This document shows positions 50,567 to 63,400 of a stretch of 64,000 nt of DNA, piece by piece. The translations under genes and the position numbers were made by a program. Within the stretch, counting starts at the first letter, position 1, and the number at the start of each line of letters is the position of its first letter. The stretch is from Monocercomonoides exilis PA203. Lineage: Eukaryota > Protista > Preaxostyla. Location of the stretch: positions 310,001 through 374,000 of the forward strand of contig LSRY02000027.1 in the NCBI GenBank assembly GCA_001643675.2, given 5' to 3'. The notes beneath the pieces are model-generated. The model did not search any database, was not told the DNA's origin, and saw only the letters and a list, made by a program, of their open reading frames with translations.

Positions 50567-51568
50567 AGGGTGATTTATAAACCCGAACATTTTTATAAAC
50601 CCGGTTATTTTTTTTGTTCATTGAAACAGAATAAATACAACATAAAAATATAAAAAGCATACATTTATTTATTTATTTAACAATTTTATGGCAGTACAAA
50701 AATTTTTTTGTTTCAATTTTTGTTTTTGATGAAGATCAATGGAATTTTTAATTTATTTTTGATCATTTGTTTTGCTCATTTTTAACCAACTCTCTTTTTC
50801 TGTCAATTTTTAGGTATAATGTCATAAAACATACATAATGAAGTTTTTTTATTCGAAATGTTTTATCTTTTTATCTATTTTTTCTGTTGTTTTTTTCATT
50901 TCATCATTTTTGACAAAAAATATGAAAAAATGAAAATTATAAGTTGTACAATATTTTTAGCATATTAAAAATGATGCTCATGAAAAGAAAAAGGAATGCA
51001 TAAAGTATTTACCGTGTTAATATTTTGTGAAATGTTGTTGCATTCATTACACATATCAAATATTGAAAATGATAAAAATGTTCATTTTTCGTTCAATTTA
51101 ATTTAAAATGACTAATTATTAAGATTACAAATGCATTATTATCTTTTTTACACGATATAGTTATGTATAATCCTTTAAATAAAATATCAGCTCGGTAATT
51201 TTCATTTTTTCATATTTTTTGTCAAAAATGATGAAATGAAAAAAACAACAGAAAAAATAGATAAAAAGATAAAACATTTCGAATAAAAAAACTTCATTAT
51301 GTATGTTTTATGACATTATACCTAAAAATTGACAGAAAAAGAGAGTTGGTTAAAAATGAGCAAAACAAATGATCAAAAATAAATTAAAAATTCCATTGAT
51401 CTTCATCAAAAACAAAAATTGAAACAAAAAAATTTTTGTACTGCCATAAAATTGTTAAATAAATAAATAAATGTATGCTTTTTATATTTTTATGTTGTAT
51501 TTATTCTGTTTCAATGAACAAAAAAAATAACCGGGTTTATAAAAATGTTCGGGTTTATAAATCACCCT
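50567..51568. mobile_element. 1002-bp fold-back non-autonomous DNA transposon with 373-bp terminal inverted repeats
   Basis: Arm 50567-50939 is the reverse complement of 51196-51568 with no mismatch seen by eye; 256-bp AT-rich spacer. Ends AGGGTGATTTATAAACCCG...CGGGTTTATAAATCACCCT are flanked by AAATAAAT on both sides (or by TA if the ends are GGGTG/CACCC). Confidence 0.92.
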
Positions 51569-52257
51569 AAATAAATAAATAAAAAATAGAATTTTTTTTA
51601 AAATGATAACAATAATATAAAAAGAAACTGCTTAAAAATGAACATCAACAAACCACCTGCGATTGAACGATGAGTGCCAAGGAAAGATGATTCACAGAAT
51701 ATCAAGTCTTTGCGATGATCAAATGAGAATCCCATTTCCACAAACATTTTTGCCACACTCCTGATTTTTGATAAAGTCAGACTTCAAAAAACAAAAGTTC
51801 AATCAAAAAGATTAATGATAACAACATAATAGAAGTTGTCAAAGCTTTGATGAATCAAAAGTGTTATCAGGAACAAATTTTCAACTTCAAAAATTAGCTG
51901 CTGTTTTTAAACAACTTCATATCCTTCAAACAACGGAAGACGAGTTTTATGTTAGTCTTACCAACAATAGGCTTATTCATCACAATCAAACAATATCAGG
52001 AAGAAAAAAACAAAATGACAGTTATTGCAGTTAAACTCTTATAAAAATAGGTCAAGAAAAATTCAAAATGAAAATTAAAATGAACTATATTCAAAATGAA
52101 ATGAAATAAAATAAAATAAAATAAAATAAAATAAAACATATTTGAAAAGATAAAAATAATATCATTTAATGCAATTGATAAACAAGCACCAACACACATA
52201 AATAATACTTGGCAAGTGCTCAAATAAATCAAATCTATATTATTTCATAACGAATAA

Positions 52258-54801
52258 CTACAACAGATAAAATAATTCTTTTTTAACAGTCACACTATCC
52301 CCTCCGATGTATATTTCAAACTTTCCTGGCTCCGAAACATAGTCTAATTCCGAATTATAGAATTTCAGCGTATCTTCAGAAATTTCAAATGAAATGCTGC
52401 GTTTTTCACCAGGTTTCAGTTCTATTTTCTCAAATCCTTTAAGCTCCTTCAAGGGACGGCTTATACTTCCCACCAAGTCTCGAATATACAACTGTATAAC
52501 TTCTTTTCCTGTTATGTTTCCTTTGTTTTCAACTGTAACAGTCGCTGTCAATGAAGTTCCAGCATTTCTCTTTTCTTCCTCATTCAAGAAGACATCTGTT
52601 CCATTTTCATTAATGTTTGTTCCAGCCTTCCTCAGAAGAAAATGAGAAGACAATTTAATTTCCGAGTACTCAAAAGTTGTGTAAGATAGTCCATAACCAA
52701 ACGGAAACAAAGGATCGTTGGGCGAATCCAAGTAAGCAGAAGTGAATTTCGCAAACTTCGGCTGAGTAGCAGGCCTTCCTGTGTTTTTGTGTGCATAATA
52801 TATTGGTATTTGACCAACAGACCGAGGAAAAGACATTGTGAGCTTCCCGCTTGGAGAAGTTACCCCAAAAAGAACATCACAAATTGCATGGCCGGATTCT
52901 GTTCCACCAAACCACGCATAAAGAATTGAGCTCAGATGTTCGCTTTCCCATTCTAAAGTTAGTGGCCTTCCTGCAAACAAAACAAGAACCATGGGCTTTT
53001 TGAGCGTTAATAGTGATTCAATTGTATCTCGCTGTATTTGTGGTATTGAGATATCTGTTCTTGACGAGCATTCCCCAGACATCTCAGCAGATTCTCCGAA
53101 CGCCCCTATAATTACATCTACATCTTTATCAGATGCTATTTTCATTGCCTCCTCCAGGATAACCTCTTTTGGCCTTTGATCTCGAAACAGAATTTTTCCG
53201 AATTGAGTATATTTCTCTTCCATCTCCTCCGATGCGTCAATATTGCACCCTCTTGCATATGCAACCTTGCTGTTTGCATCAATGGAAAGGCCATCTTCAT
53301 TGAAGACAGACTTCAGACCTTCCAAAAGAGTCACCATTTTTTCTTGCTCCGCTGTCGGGCACCAAGTTCCTCCCATATTCAACTTTGCATCCGCCATTGG
53401 TCCAATAACGGCAATTTTTCTGATTTTCTCCTTTTGGAGAGGGAGTATGGGTCTTTGAGTAGATTCTTGAAGTTCTTCTTGCTTTTTCGTATATGTGATT
53501 TCTGATTTAAAATCTATTTTCTTTCTATTGTGAAAATCTGATGAACCATCTCGAATTTCAAATGAAATGTTATCCTCGCTATTCATCCATTTGCTGTTAT
53601 CCCAGCTGATGGGCTCATTCTTCAAAAGCACGATCGATTCTGCTGCAACTTCTCGTGCAAACTTTCGATGCTCTTTTGTGAAAACATCCTTTGCATATCG
53701 ACTTTCATCGCAGTATTTGAAAGGATCTTCAAACAATCCCAATTTTTTCTTTGCTTCAAGTACCCTTTTCGCAGCTGTTCGTATAGCTTCTTTTGCGACT
53801 TTCCCTTCTTCTACAGATTTCCTCAGAGTTGTTACAAACGACTTGCTGCACATGTCCATATCAACACCTGAATTCAAGGATTTGATGCCCACTTCTTGCA
53901 GATCTCCCATTCCATGCGCTATCATTTCGTAGATCCCTGTGTAATCAGAAACAACAAAGCCTTGGAATCCCCATTTTTGCCTCAGAACGTCGGTTAATAA
54001 ATATTTGTTGCAATGGCAGGGAACTTCATCCACCGTATTAAAAGCTGCCATAACAGTCTGAACTCCAGCATCAATAGCTGCTTTGTATGGAGGGAAATAT
54101 TCATTAAACATCTTTATGCGACTCATGTCTACAGTGTTATAATCTCTTCCGGCCTCTGCTGCTCCATAAAGTGCAAAATGCTTGACGCATGCCAATAATG
54201 TATCTTTTCCTTTGAGCCCTTCTTTATCATCATTATCTTGATAGCTTTCAACCATTGCTTCCGCAATTCGTGAACCAAGGTATGGATCTTCTCCGGATCC
54301 TTCGGCAATTCTTCCCCATCTTGGATCTCTTCCTATATCAACCATTGGACTGTAATTCCATGACACTCCATCTGCAGTAGCTTCAACTGCAGAAATTCGA
54401 GCCACTTTTCTGATAACCTCCGTGTTCCAAGTGCAAGACATTGCCAATGGAATTGGAAAAATCGTGCGGTATCCGTGGATGACATCAAGACCAAAAAGAA
54501 GAGGAATCTTCATTCTTGATTGTGTAACTGCCAATTTCTGCATTGCTTTTATTTTAGAGACTCCAACAATGTTTAAAAAAGCGCCTACTTTGCCTTCTTG
54601 AACATCTGCATTCACTTGCAGGAGATTTCCTGGCCCTGTAACGACATCGTTTCCTGGGACAAGATTAAGCTGTCCAATCATTTCATCCAATGTCATTTCA
54701 TCCAAAAGTTTATCTATATCAACTTCTTCATTATGGCAACCTTGTAAAGCCGATGAATTGCATGTATTTTTGAAAAAAAGGAACAAAAATACAATTATCA
54801 T
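52258..54801 (-). CDS. bglX: Glycoside hydrolase family 3 beta-glucosidase, BglX-like, with signal peptide
   Basis: Intronless ORF. DVIHGYRTIFPIPLA, RDPRWGRIAEGSGEDPYL, KHFALYGA, nucleophile VSDYT, SGE..SR, GKLTMSFPRSVGQIPIYY, FPFGYGLSYT, Fn3-like RPLKELKGFEK; hydrophobic N-terminus. Confidence 0.95.
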   Translation of the reverse strand: MIIVFLFLFFKNTCNSSALQGCHNEEVDIDKLLDEMTLDEMIGQLNLVPGNDVVTGPGNLLQVNADVQEGKVGAFLNIVGVSKIKAMQKLAVTQSRMKIPLLFGLDVIHGYRTIFPIPLAMSCTWNTEVIRKVARISAVEATADGVSWNYSPMVDIGRDPRWGRIAEGSGEDPYLGSRIAEAMVESYQDNDDKEGLKGKDTLLACVKHFALYGAAEAGRDYNTVDMSRIKMFNEYFPPYKAAIDAGVQTVMAAFNTVDEVPCHCNKYLLTDVLRQKWGFQGFVVSDYTGIYEMIAHGMGDLQEVGIKSLNSGVDMDMCSKSFVTTLRKSVEEGKVAKEAIRTAAKRVLEAKKKLGLFEDPFKYCDESRYAKDVFTKEHRKFAREVAAESIVLLKNEPISWDNSKWMNSEDNISFEIRDGSSDFHNRKKIDFKSEITYTKKQEELQESTQRPILPLQKEKIRKIAVIGPMADAKLNMGGTWCPTAEQEKMVTLLEGLKSVFNEDGLSIDANSKVAYARGCNIDASEEMEEKYTQFGKILFRDQRPKEVILEEAMKIASDKDVDVIIGAFGESAEMSGECSSRTDISIPQIQRDTIESLLTLKKPMVLVLFAGRPLTLEWESEHLSSILYAWFGGTESGHAICDVLFGVTSPSGKLTMSFPRSVGQIPIYYAHKNTGRPATQPKFAKFTSAYLDSPNDPLFPFGYGLSYTTFEYSEIKLSSHFLLRKAGTNINENGTDVFLNEEEKRNAGTSLTATVTVENKGNITGKEVIQLYIRDLVGSISRPLKELKGFEKIELKPGEKRSISFEISEDTLKFYNSELDYVSEPGKFEIYIGGDSVTVKKELFYLL

Positions 54802-55582
54802 CAATCAGAAATATTATATGATGGTTATGAAATAATCCCAATCGAAAAATCCAATTGTGAAAAGTCAGAATATAAAGGCAACCAAAACATTTTGTTGCTA
54901 TTTCGCATTTTTTGTAACAAATATTTGGCAATAACTTTTTTCAGGAATTTTTATTTTTGTTTTTAAAGAATCAATACAAAGATTAAAATCAAATTTCTGC
55001 AGCATATGATCACAAAGATAAAATTTTCAGTGAAACGTTCCAAAAAACAATTTTTCAATCGATTTCATATTTTTATTTTTACCGACAATGCGAAATATTC
55101 TATTTATCCAAAGATAGTTATTGGATTTATTTTGTTGCAAATTCCAACAAAAGAACACTTCAATTTTCAGAAAAATACCTTTTTAATATTTGCTGACTGG
55201 CATAACGGACAAGTGGGAAAAAAATTAAAAATCAAGCGTCTCTAAAAATACTATTCAATAAAAATGAAGATGTACAAAAATAATAACAAAAAAAGGCTTC
55301 TTCAGATGAGAAATACATCAAAATAATATAAAATTATGAAAAATAATGTGGAAAATAATATAAAAGAAAAGACTAATAATAATACATAAAATAAAATAAT
55401 AATAATAATAATAATAAATCAATTTAAAAAAATAAAAAAATAAGACAATGTGAAACGTTGAAATAAATTTATGAATAAAAAATAAAATGAATTAAAAGAA
55501 AATAAATTGCCAAATTCAACTACAATTCAAAAAACGGACTGCAAGTCATATTGGCTTAACAACAAGAATAAACAAAGTAATA

Positions 55583-55822
55583 AAAGAAAAAAGAAAAGAA
55601 AAAAAGAAAAAGAAAAGAAAGGAAAAGAAAGGAAAAGAAAAGAAAAGAAAGGAAAAGAAAAGAAAGGAAAAGAAAAAAAAAAAAAAAAGAAAAGAAAGGA
55701 AAAGAAAAGAAAAGAAAAAAAAAAGAAAAGAAAAGAAAAGAAAAGAAAAGAAAAGAAAAGAAAAGAAAAGAAAAAAAAGGAAAAGAAAGAAAAAAAAGAA
55801 AGAAGAAAAAAGAAAAGAAAAA
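55583..55822 (+). repeat. (GAAAA)n-type purine microsatellite
   Basis: About 240 bp of imperfect AAAAG repeats in intergenic/3' DNA. Confidence 0.9.
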
Positions 55823-56215
55823 ATGTTTGTGCATCACGTAACAAGAAAAGAAGAATTGTTCTAATGTATTTTTGAGACTAACGAAATAAACTAACTACAA
55901 ACTCAATAGTGAACAGAATAAGAGTGATTATAAAAAGAAAAACAAGAGCAGCTTAAAAATAGTCAAACAAACATTTCGAAGGAATTATCACTAAATGAGG
56001 CATTGAAAGCAGCAAGTGTAATTTTATATAGAAAAATGAGATATCAAAATGATAACTACAAATTTCGATGAAAAAAGCATTCAACAAAGGAAAATCACAG
56101 CAATGCAACTCAAGAATCGATTAAACTTTGAAATTGTCTTTGAATTCAATCGAGAATTAACTATGTAGTGTTTGAACAGACCAATTTGTCGCAATATTAA
56201 AAAGATGCAGGAGTT

Positions 56216-59200
56216 TTATGTGTATTCGCTCATAAACATTCCGTTCCCTGGCATCATCTGCTCAGACGGGAAAGCTGCCATTGGCTGTGCATTCGGAGAA
56301 GGCATAACCATCTGTCCCTGCACTGGATACACTTCAGCTGGATTATCAAATGCGCCCATTCCTATTCCCATGCCCATTCCACTGCCCATTCCCATTCCCA
56401 TCTCCATCCCTGCCCCCATCCCCATCCCCATTCCTATTCCAGTCGCAACCTGAGGCGCAATGCCCAGCTGCATAGAAAGCATCTGCATCTCCTGCAGCTT
56501 CTTCCTCTCTCTTCGCTCTTTCCTCCTCTTTTTCCTTCTTTCGTGCTCTGTCAGCCCATCGTCTTCTCCGTTCTCGTTGCTGTTTCCTTCATTCTCGCTC
56601 TCTTCATCCTCATCGCCATCTTCCTCCTTTTCTCCTCCTTTGGGTGCCTTGTAAGGAGGCCAGTATGTCCTTCCTGAGCCCAAGCAGCAGACATGCAGAA
56701 TAACAAACATAGACAGCCAGAAGCTGCACAGCCAGAACAGAATCATCACATTCGTCAGTGCCAGGAACACCACATCCAACGCAGAAAACATCGTCTTTGA
56801 AATGCTGTCAGGCGCAATCAGCTGGCTAACTGAATCGAAGGCGCCGTCTGTATGGTTCTTAACAGCTGATGCTCCAGTGCTGACAATTCTTTTGGTCTCT
56901 GTCCCAAGTTTAATGTTTGAGGGAACAATTCCTGTGCTTTCAATGTCAGCAATGCCGTCAATCAGGCTGTTGATGGTGTCTTTCAGCTTGCTCACGATTG
57001 TTGCCAGAGGGTTTTCTGCTTCGCTATTTGCCACCCAGTAGAACTCCATTATGCCATACAGCTTAGCTGCATCGAGGTCGATGATGCTCTTCAAGTCAAT
57101 CGTCGTCCCCAGCACAGCCACAGGTTGCATGTCCAACGAGCTCAGCGGAAGCATCTCTGCCACTTGTTCCATTAGCCCACTCTGCTTTGCGAACTGCAGA
57201 AACTCCCCGCCATACACAAAGCGCGACGCCTCCCGCAGCAGACACCCGAGGATCCCAAACAGCAAGATGACCAGCCCGAAGATGAGGAAGTAGGCAAAGT
57301 CAACACACTGGCAGCAGCACAGGCAGCACTGCTTGGGGCAGCAGAACGTGAAGAGAAGCTGGACGACATACAAAACAACAAGAAGAACGAACATTGCAGC
57401 CATGGCGTATGAGCCAGCACCGACATATTTGATGACTGGTTCAGCAGCTGTGTTGTACTTCTCCTCGACCCCTCCCAATGGATTATTCATTTCAGAAAGA
57501 GAACTCAGCTTGCCTTTCAGCGTCGAGTCGAGCGTGCTTATCATATCGTTTGCTTGCTCTTCCAAACCATTCACGGCATTCTTTGCGTAATCAACAGGAG
57601 CAGTTATGTTTTCCAAAGGAAGATCATTCAAAAATGAAGAAGAAAGTGTTGCGAATGAGTCAAGTCCGCAATTGTCGATGTTCGTATGTATTTCTTCTAA
57701 TCCCTCTGCAGCAACCATAAGCGTCTGTGTCTCATTTCCGTGTCCGGCTGTAACTTCTTGTAATGTGACGATCAGTTTGTGAAAGGTGGGTTCACCACTA
57801 ACAAAACTGTAAAGCTCTTTTGTCAAGTTTGCAACTTTTTGACAATGTGCTGTGTGTGAGGACAGATCACTGAGATACGGCAGCCCAGTATATCCATCCA
57901 CACCGCTACAGAACAGCTTTTCTTGCACCAATTCTATCTCTTTGTCAACGATAGAGGTGAGATTATTCAAATTAGAGAGAGATTCCGTCATTGCTGAGAT
58001 ATTGTCTGGTTTAATGTTACTGTTAATGGCTGCATCCAGTTGGCTTGTTATATCTCCCAGATATGTTGTTATATCATAATCTGTAATGTTAGCTATCTTT
58101 TCAAAGAAATCTTCGGAGGAAAGAAATAAAAGAAAGGAAAGATTATATCGCAAATTCAAGATAATAAGTCATAAAGAAATTTGCAAGTCAAAAAAGAAGT
58201 AGAAAATGTGAATATTCACAAAATGCAAAAGTTAGTCACCAATTACAAAATCAGACTTAACATTTCAACAAAAGTTCATAGACAAAATTCAATGAAATTT
58301 CACAAATTCATTCCACAAAATTCATAGCAGATTTCATCTTAAAACAACAGAAGTTCCAACTCTCACAAACTGTTTAGTCCATCTTTCAATGTGTTAATTG
58401 CATCGGTCAACTGTTGCACATCTTCAGAAACCGTTGTGCCCAATACATCTGCTTTTGTTTGTATATTCCCGATTACGCCATCCACATCATTGCTTTGTTT
58501 TTCATCAAGAATGCGTTTAATTTCTGCAACTGCATGCTGTTCAGTTAAATTCAACAAAGCAGTCGTTTGGTTAAAGCATGTCGGAGGGGTCGAATTAAAA
58601 TCGCATTCGATCTGAAATAGAAAGAAAAGAAGAAAAAAAAATAAAATATTGCACAATCAAGAGAGACTCAAACGTTAATAAAAACTTCATCAATAGCTTG
58701 AAGATTACTATGTAATCCATCCATAAGTAATTTATCAATGTCAGTAATAGCATCACTCAAATCTGTTGCACAACTGTTAAATGAAAAAGGGAAAATGATA
58801 AAAACCAGTTTTCAGCATGAAATAAACTTAAAAGGAAACATCAGTGTGCAAACTTCGAAATTTCATAAATTGACGTATTAACTGTACTAATAACTGAATC
58901 AGCTGCTTGCAAAGGAAGATTATCTATTACTGCTTTTAAGAGAGATTTAACAGTTGTTGAGATATCATCTGGCACTATCATTATTTAAAAAAAAAATATT
59001 TAATTATTTTGAAAACATAATGTTATTATGACATCTTTAATTATGCACACATGCTGACACATCTGTAACAACTGATTTCACTCCTGAAAAAAGATTGTCC
59101 ACATTTTGAAATGATTCGGGAACGGAGTTGAATTTCGCAGGTAATTCGAAGAATGCTATGGCCAAAACAATAACAAAAAAGCTAAGGTGAAATTGAAATA

Positions 59201-59811
59201 TATCGAAAAAGCAAAAAATATTTATTATACGCGCTTAAAACTGTCAATATTGCGAAAGTTATCTTTGTGCAAATTTTGCAACATTTTTTTGGTCCAGATT
59301 TTGTCCAGCAGCAACAGTTGCAAACTGGTTCTTGACCAGGACAACAACAACATTGACAGCATTGGCCGAAAATCCAAACAAAAAACCCAAACAGCAGCAC
59401 AATATATAACAAAAAAATGACAATGAACGAAATGCCAAAGCTCTAATAAATTTAAAATATGAATAAGTATAAAAAAAGAAAAAATACGAGGCAAACGACA
59501 GCGATTCCTGCAATTTGATTTGTTTCAATATTTGGTGAAGCAATTGTACCATTAGATATCAAAATTGAATTCAATGCTGTACCCAATGTTGGATACAATG
59601 TTGAGCCAAAAATTTCACCCGTGCAGGAGTTTCTTATCGAGTCATAAAAAGAATTTGCAAAAGCTACTAAAAAATTTGGATTTTCGTAATCTTTGAAAAT
59701 ATTTTAATTTTCCCGTTGCATTTATCAATAAAAAATAGCAAATTGATAGATACCAGAAACTCCATAGCATATTCCATTTTGTACAACAATAATCAAAAGA
59801 GAAGCGAACAT
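56216..59811 (-). CDS. Prominin/Tweety-like multi-pass membrane glycoprotein, multi-exon
   Basis: ATG at 59811 (MFASLLIIVV signal). TM1 is followed by a Cys cluster (GQCCQCCCCP..CNCCCW), TM2, a large helical N-glycosylated loop, TM3-CCPKQCCLCCCQC-TM4, a second loop, TM5, and an acidic/GM-repeat tail. Several GT-AG introns. Confidence 0.65.
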
Positions 59812-60492
59812 TTTGGATCGTACTGTATATTATTTAATAATTGTGTTTTTAAAAATACTAATTATGTTTCGTTTTATGAAATTTGACAAATCAGTTAAAT
59901 ACATAATATATAAAAAAATGCGTATCTGAAAAAGAAATTTGTTGATTTTTAATTGAAAAATCAAATGATTTTTCAAAATAAATTTTTTGAATGAGTGATT
60001 ATTATAAAAATTAAACTATTAATCCTTTTAATTTTTTTTGAAAATTTTTTGAATATTGGCAAATAAGCGTTGAATAGTTATTTCTATTTTCAAAAAATAT
60101 ATTAATATATCTCTTTTCGAACATCGTTGTTTGAACCATTTATATAAATTTTTTTCGTTATGAATACACCAAAAATTATATGAGTCGAAAAACTGTTAAA
60201 CGTTAACAAAAAACATTAAATCAAAATGGAATTCTTTCAATCAAAATGGAATAGGTTTCAAGCAAAGTCGAAAGTGCTTTTTTATTCTTATTTTTTAAAA
60301 GTTGAAAAATATCAAAAAATAAAAAAAATATATAAATAATAAATAAAATAAATAATTTTTCAAATATTTTGAAAGGGCAGCATACTAACCAGTTATTAAA
60401 TTAACAATGGAGAATGTGAAAAATAAAGTTTAAGACATATCCCATGATTTGTTTTTTTAAAAAGAAAAATTGAACTTAAAACGGAATCCTAG

Positions 60493-63400
60493 ATGCAGAA
60501 TAGTCAAAAGGGGAAGCAACAGCTTCCACCTCAAAACTCTACGTCTATTTTTCAAACTTTTCAACATTCCGATTCATCGAAAAAAAGAGTGAGAGCTGTT
60601 GGTTTGATACGAACTCAAGTCTCTCCAATGCTTTCAACTCCAAGTCCAATTCAACAAAAATTTACTCCTCCGTATCATAAAACGTTTAGCGTTACTCCTT
60701 CCCCTTCTTATTCGTCTTCAAAGTTTTCACCATCTTTATCAAAAATGGAATCTATTTCTTCTAATTCGCAAAATGACACTTCAAATTTACTCGCAAAGTA
60801 TGCCAAAGATCTAGATAATAAAGGTCCAATATTTGCTCATCGAAACGTTTCACCGAAGACTTTAAATCAACATCATCATTTTTCAAAACATGATTCAAGC
60901 ACAATCAATCCTCCACAAGTTATATCTACCTCAATTCAACAAAAACCTCAAATGGAAATTACATCAAAATCAAAAATACCTTCGAAAAACCAAGTTTTAC
61001 ACCCTAACATCTTTAAACTATCCACAGCTAAAGATAAAAATTTAATAACTACAAAATCATTCAGCATTTTGCCGCAAAATTCAACTGCAACAAAACAAGA
61101 AAACCGTTACAATCCAAAGAAAATAGAAACTTCGGTGTGCGATTCATTTGAGCGAAATGCACAGGATAACCAGAAATTCGAATTGTTGGATGATCAAAAT
61201 CATCAAGAACCTTCGCATTCAAAAGAAAATAGAAACAAAGCTCGCACATCTTCGAAAGTGCGAAAAATTGAAAACGATGAATCTCCTGAGCTTTGTGAAC
61301 GAAACCCACAAAAGTCAATGTTTTTTGGTAAAGACAAAGCGATGCGATTGCTCAAGTCAAATCCTTCTTCGACTGACTCACACGCCGAACATGAAAATGT
61401 GGAGGCACATCAACAGCACTCCGATGAGGCATCTGAATTGAAAAGAAAAAAAGGAGAGAAAAAGGAAATAAACAAGAAACAGAACGATTTAAAAGAAGAG
61501 AACCAGGCAGATGATGACAATCAGAACGAAAGCAGTATTTTTGCACCAGATTCAGTTGAAATGAAAGAAGAGGACAGAAATGCAACATCAATCAACAAGA
61601 CAGAACCTCCTCAGAAAGAGGAGAGGGAAAGTCGAAGTGAAGAGAATTCAATAGAAGAAGAAGAAGGAGGAAAAGGTGAAAGAGGAAGAGGAAGAGAAAA
61701 AGGAAGAGGAAGAAGAGAAGAAGAAGAGGAATCTGAAGACGTTATTGCTGTGGAAGAAGAAAAAGGCTCACGCACAAGAAAGCAGAAAAAACTTGCTGCA
61801 AAAGCAGGAAAATCCAAAAGAAGAAGAGAAAAAGAAGAAGAGGAGGAGAAGGAAGAAGAAGAAGGTGATGATGATGATGGCAATGATGATGGGGAATATA
61901 AAGAGTCCAGAAGTAAGAAGAGTGCAATTACAAGCACTAACAGAAGCGAAAGACTTTCACAACGCAGAAGAAAAATAGAAAATGCTGAGATAATCGAAGA
62001 TTCCCCAACAACATCCTCTTTTTCTATGCCAGCAACTTCTTTCTCTCCTTCTCTTTCTCCTTCTCTTTCACCTTCTTCTTCTTTTTCACCTTCTTCTTCT
62101 CTATCTCCTTCTCTTTCACCATCTTTTTCTCCATCTCAAACTCCCTTTCATCAGTTTTCTCAAACACCTTCTCCTTCTCCTTCTCCTTCCTCATCTGCAC
62201 ATGTTTCCAATTCTTCTTCTCCTTTTCTGACGCCATCGTCTTCACCTGACCGCAGCTTGTCTCAAACAAAACGATATTCTCCTTCATTGATTGATAGAAG
62301 GAGACACAGAGAAGAAAGAGGAGGAAGAAGAGGAGGAAGAGGGGGAAGAGGTGGAAGAGAAGAAAAAGAGGAGGAGGAGGAGGAGGAAGAGAAAGGAGAA
62401 AGAGGAGGAAAAGAGGAAGAAGAGGAAGAAGAGGAGAAAGAAGGATCAAAGAAGACGAAAAGAGGGAAGGATAAGCGGAGCAGCAGAAAAGGAAAGAAAG
62501 AGGAAGACAAAGAGGAAGACAAAGAGGAAGGTGAAGAAGAAGAGAGAAAGGGAAATGAGAAGGAAGAAGGAAACAAAGGAGAAAGTGAGATGAAAGTCAA
62601 CAAACAGAAAGTTGGGAAGACTAACAGAAAGATTGTGATAGAAAAAGATGAAGAGACAACAGAAGAAGAGAAAGAAGATAAAAAAGAAGAGAAAGAAGAA
62701 GAAGGGAAAGAAGAAGAAAAAGGGAAAAACGAAGAAGAGGAAGAAGAAGAAGAAGAAGAGAACAAGGAGAAAGAGAAGCAGAGGCAGAAGAGAAGGAGAT
62801 ATAACAAGTCTGTGATAGCTATTGATTCACCAGATACAAGTGAAGAGGAGGAGGAGGAAGATAAAGAAGAGAAAGAGGGGAAAGAAGAAAAAGAAGAGAA
62901 GGATGAGAAAGAGAAGGAGAAGGAGAAAGAGAAAAAAGAGAAAGTGAATGAAGCAACCAACATATCAAAATCTGCCAACAAGCCAAAAGAATCCCTTGGC
63001 ACAGAAATTGAGCAGACACAAATAGAAAACAGCGAAGCAGATGCGACTCTTCCTGTTTCCTCTTTTGGAGCATCTTTCTCATTCACTTCACCATTCATTC
63101 ATCAAAACACATCAAAAGTGACTTCTTCTGATTCTTCATCACCTTCAACAACAACGGCATCATCATCATCTTCTTCTTCTTCTTCTTCTTTATCACCAAC
63201 GTCTTCGTCTTCTTTATCTTCATCTCCAACTTCTTCATCTGCTTCTGCTGCTTCTTCTCTTCCTTCAACCAAAAGTGGCAATGAAGAAATCAACAGCACA
63301 GATTCACCACAAACAAAAGAGAAAATTCCTTCTTCTGCTTCATCTTCTCAAACAACATCATCATCAACTGCTTCTCCTTCTTCATCTTCATATTCAGCCT

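Noticed and set aside
55507-55875. Lys/Arg/Glu-rich and Phe-rich ORFs
   Set aside because: Translations of the (GAAAA)n microsatellite.
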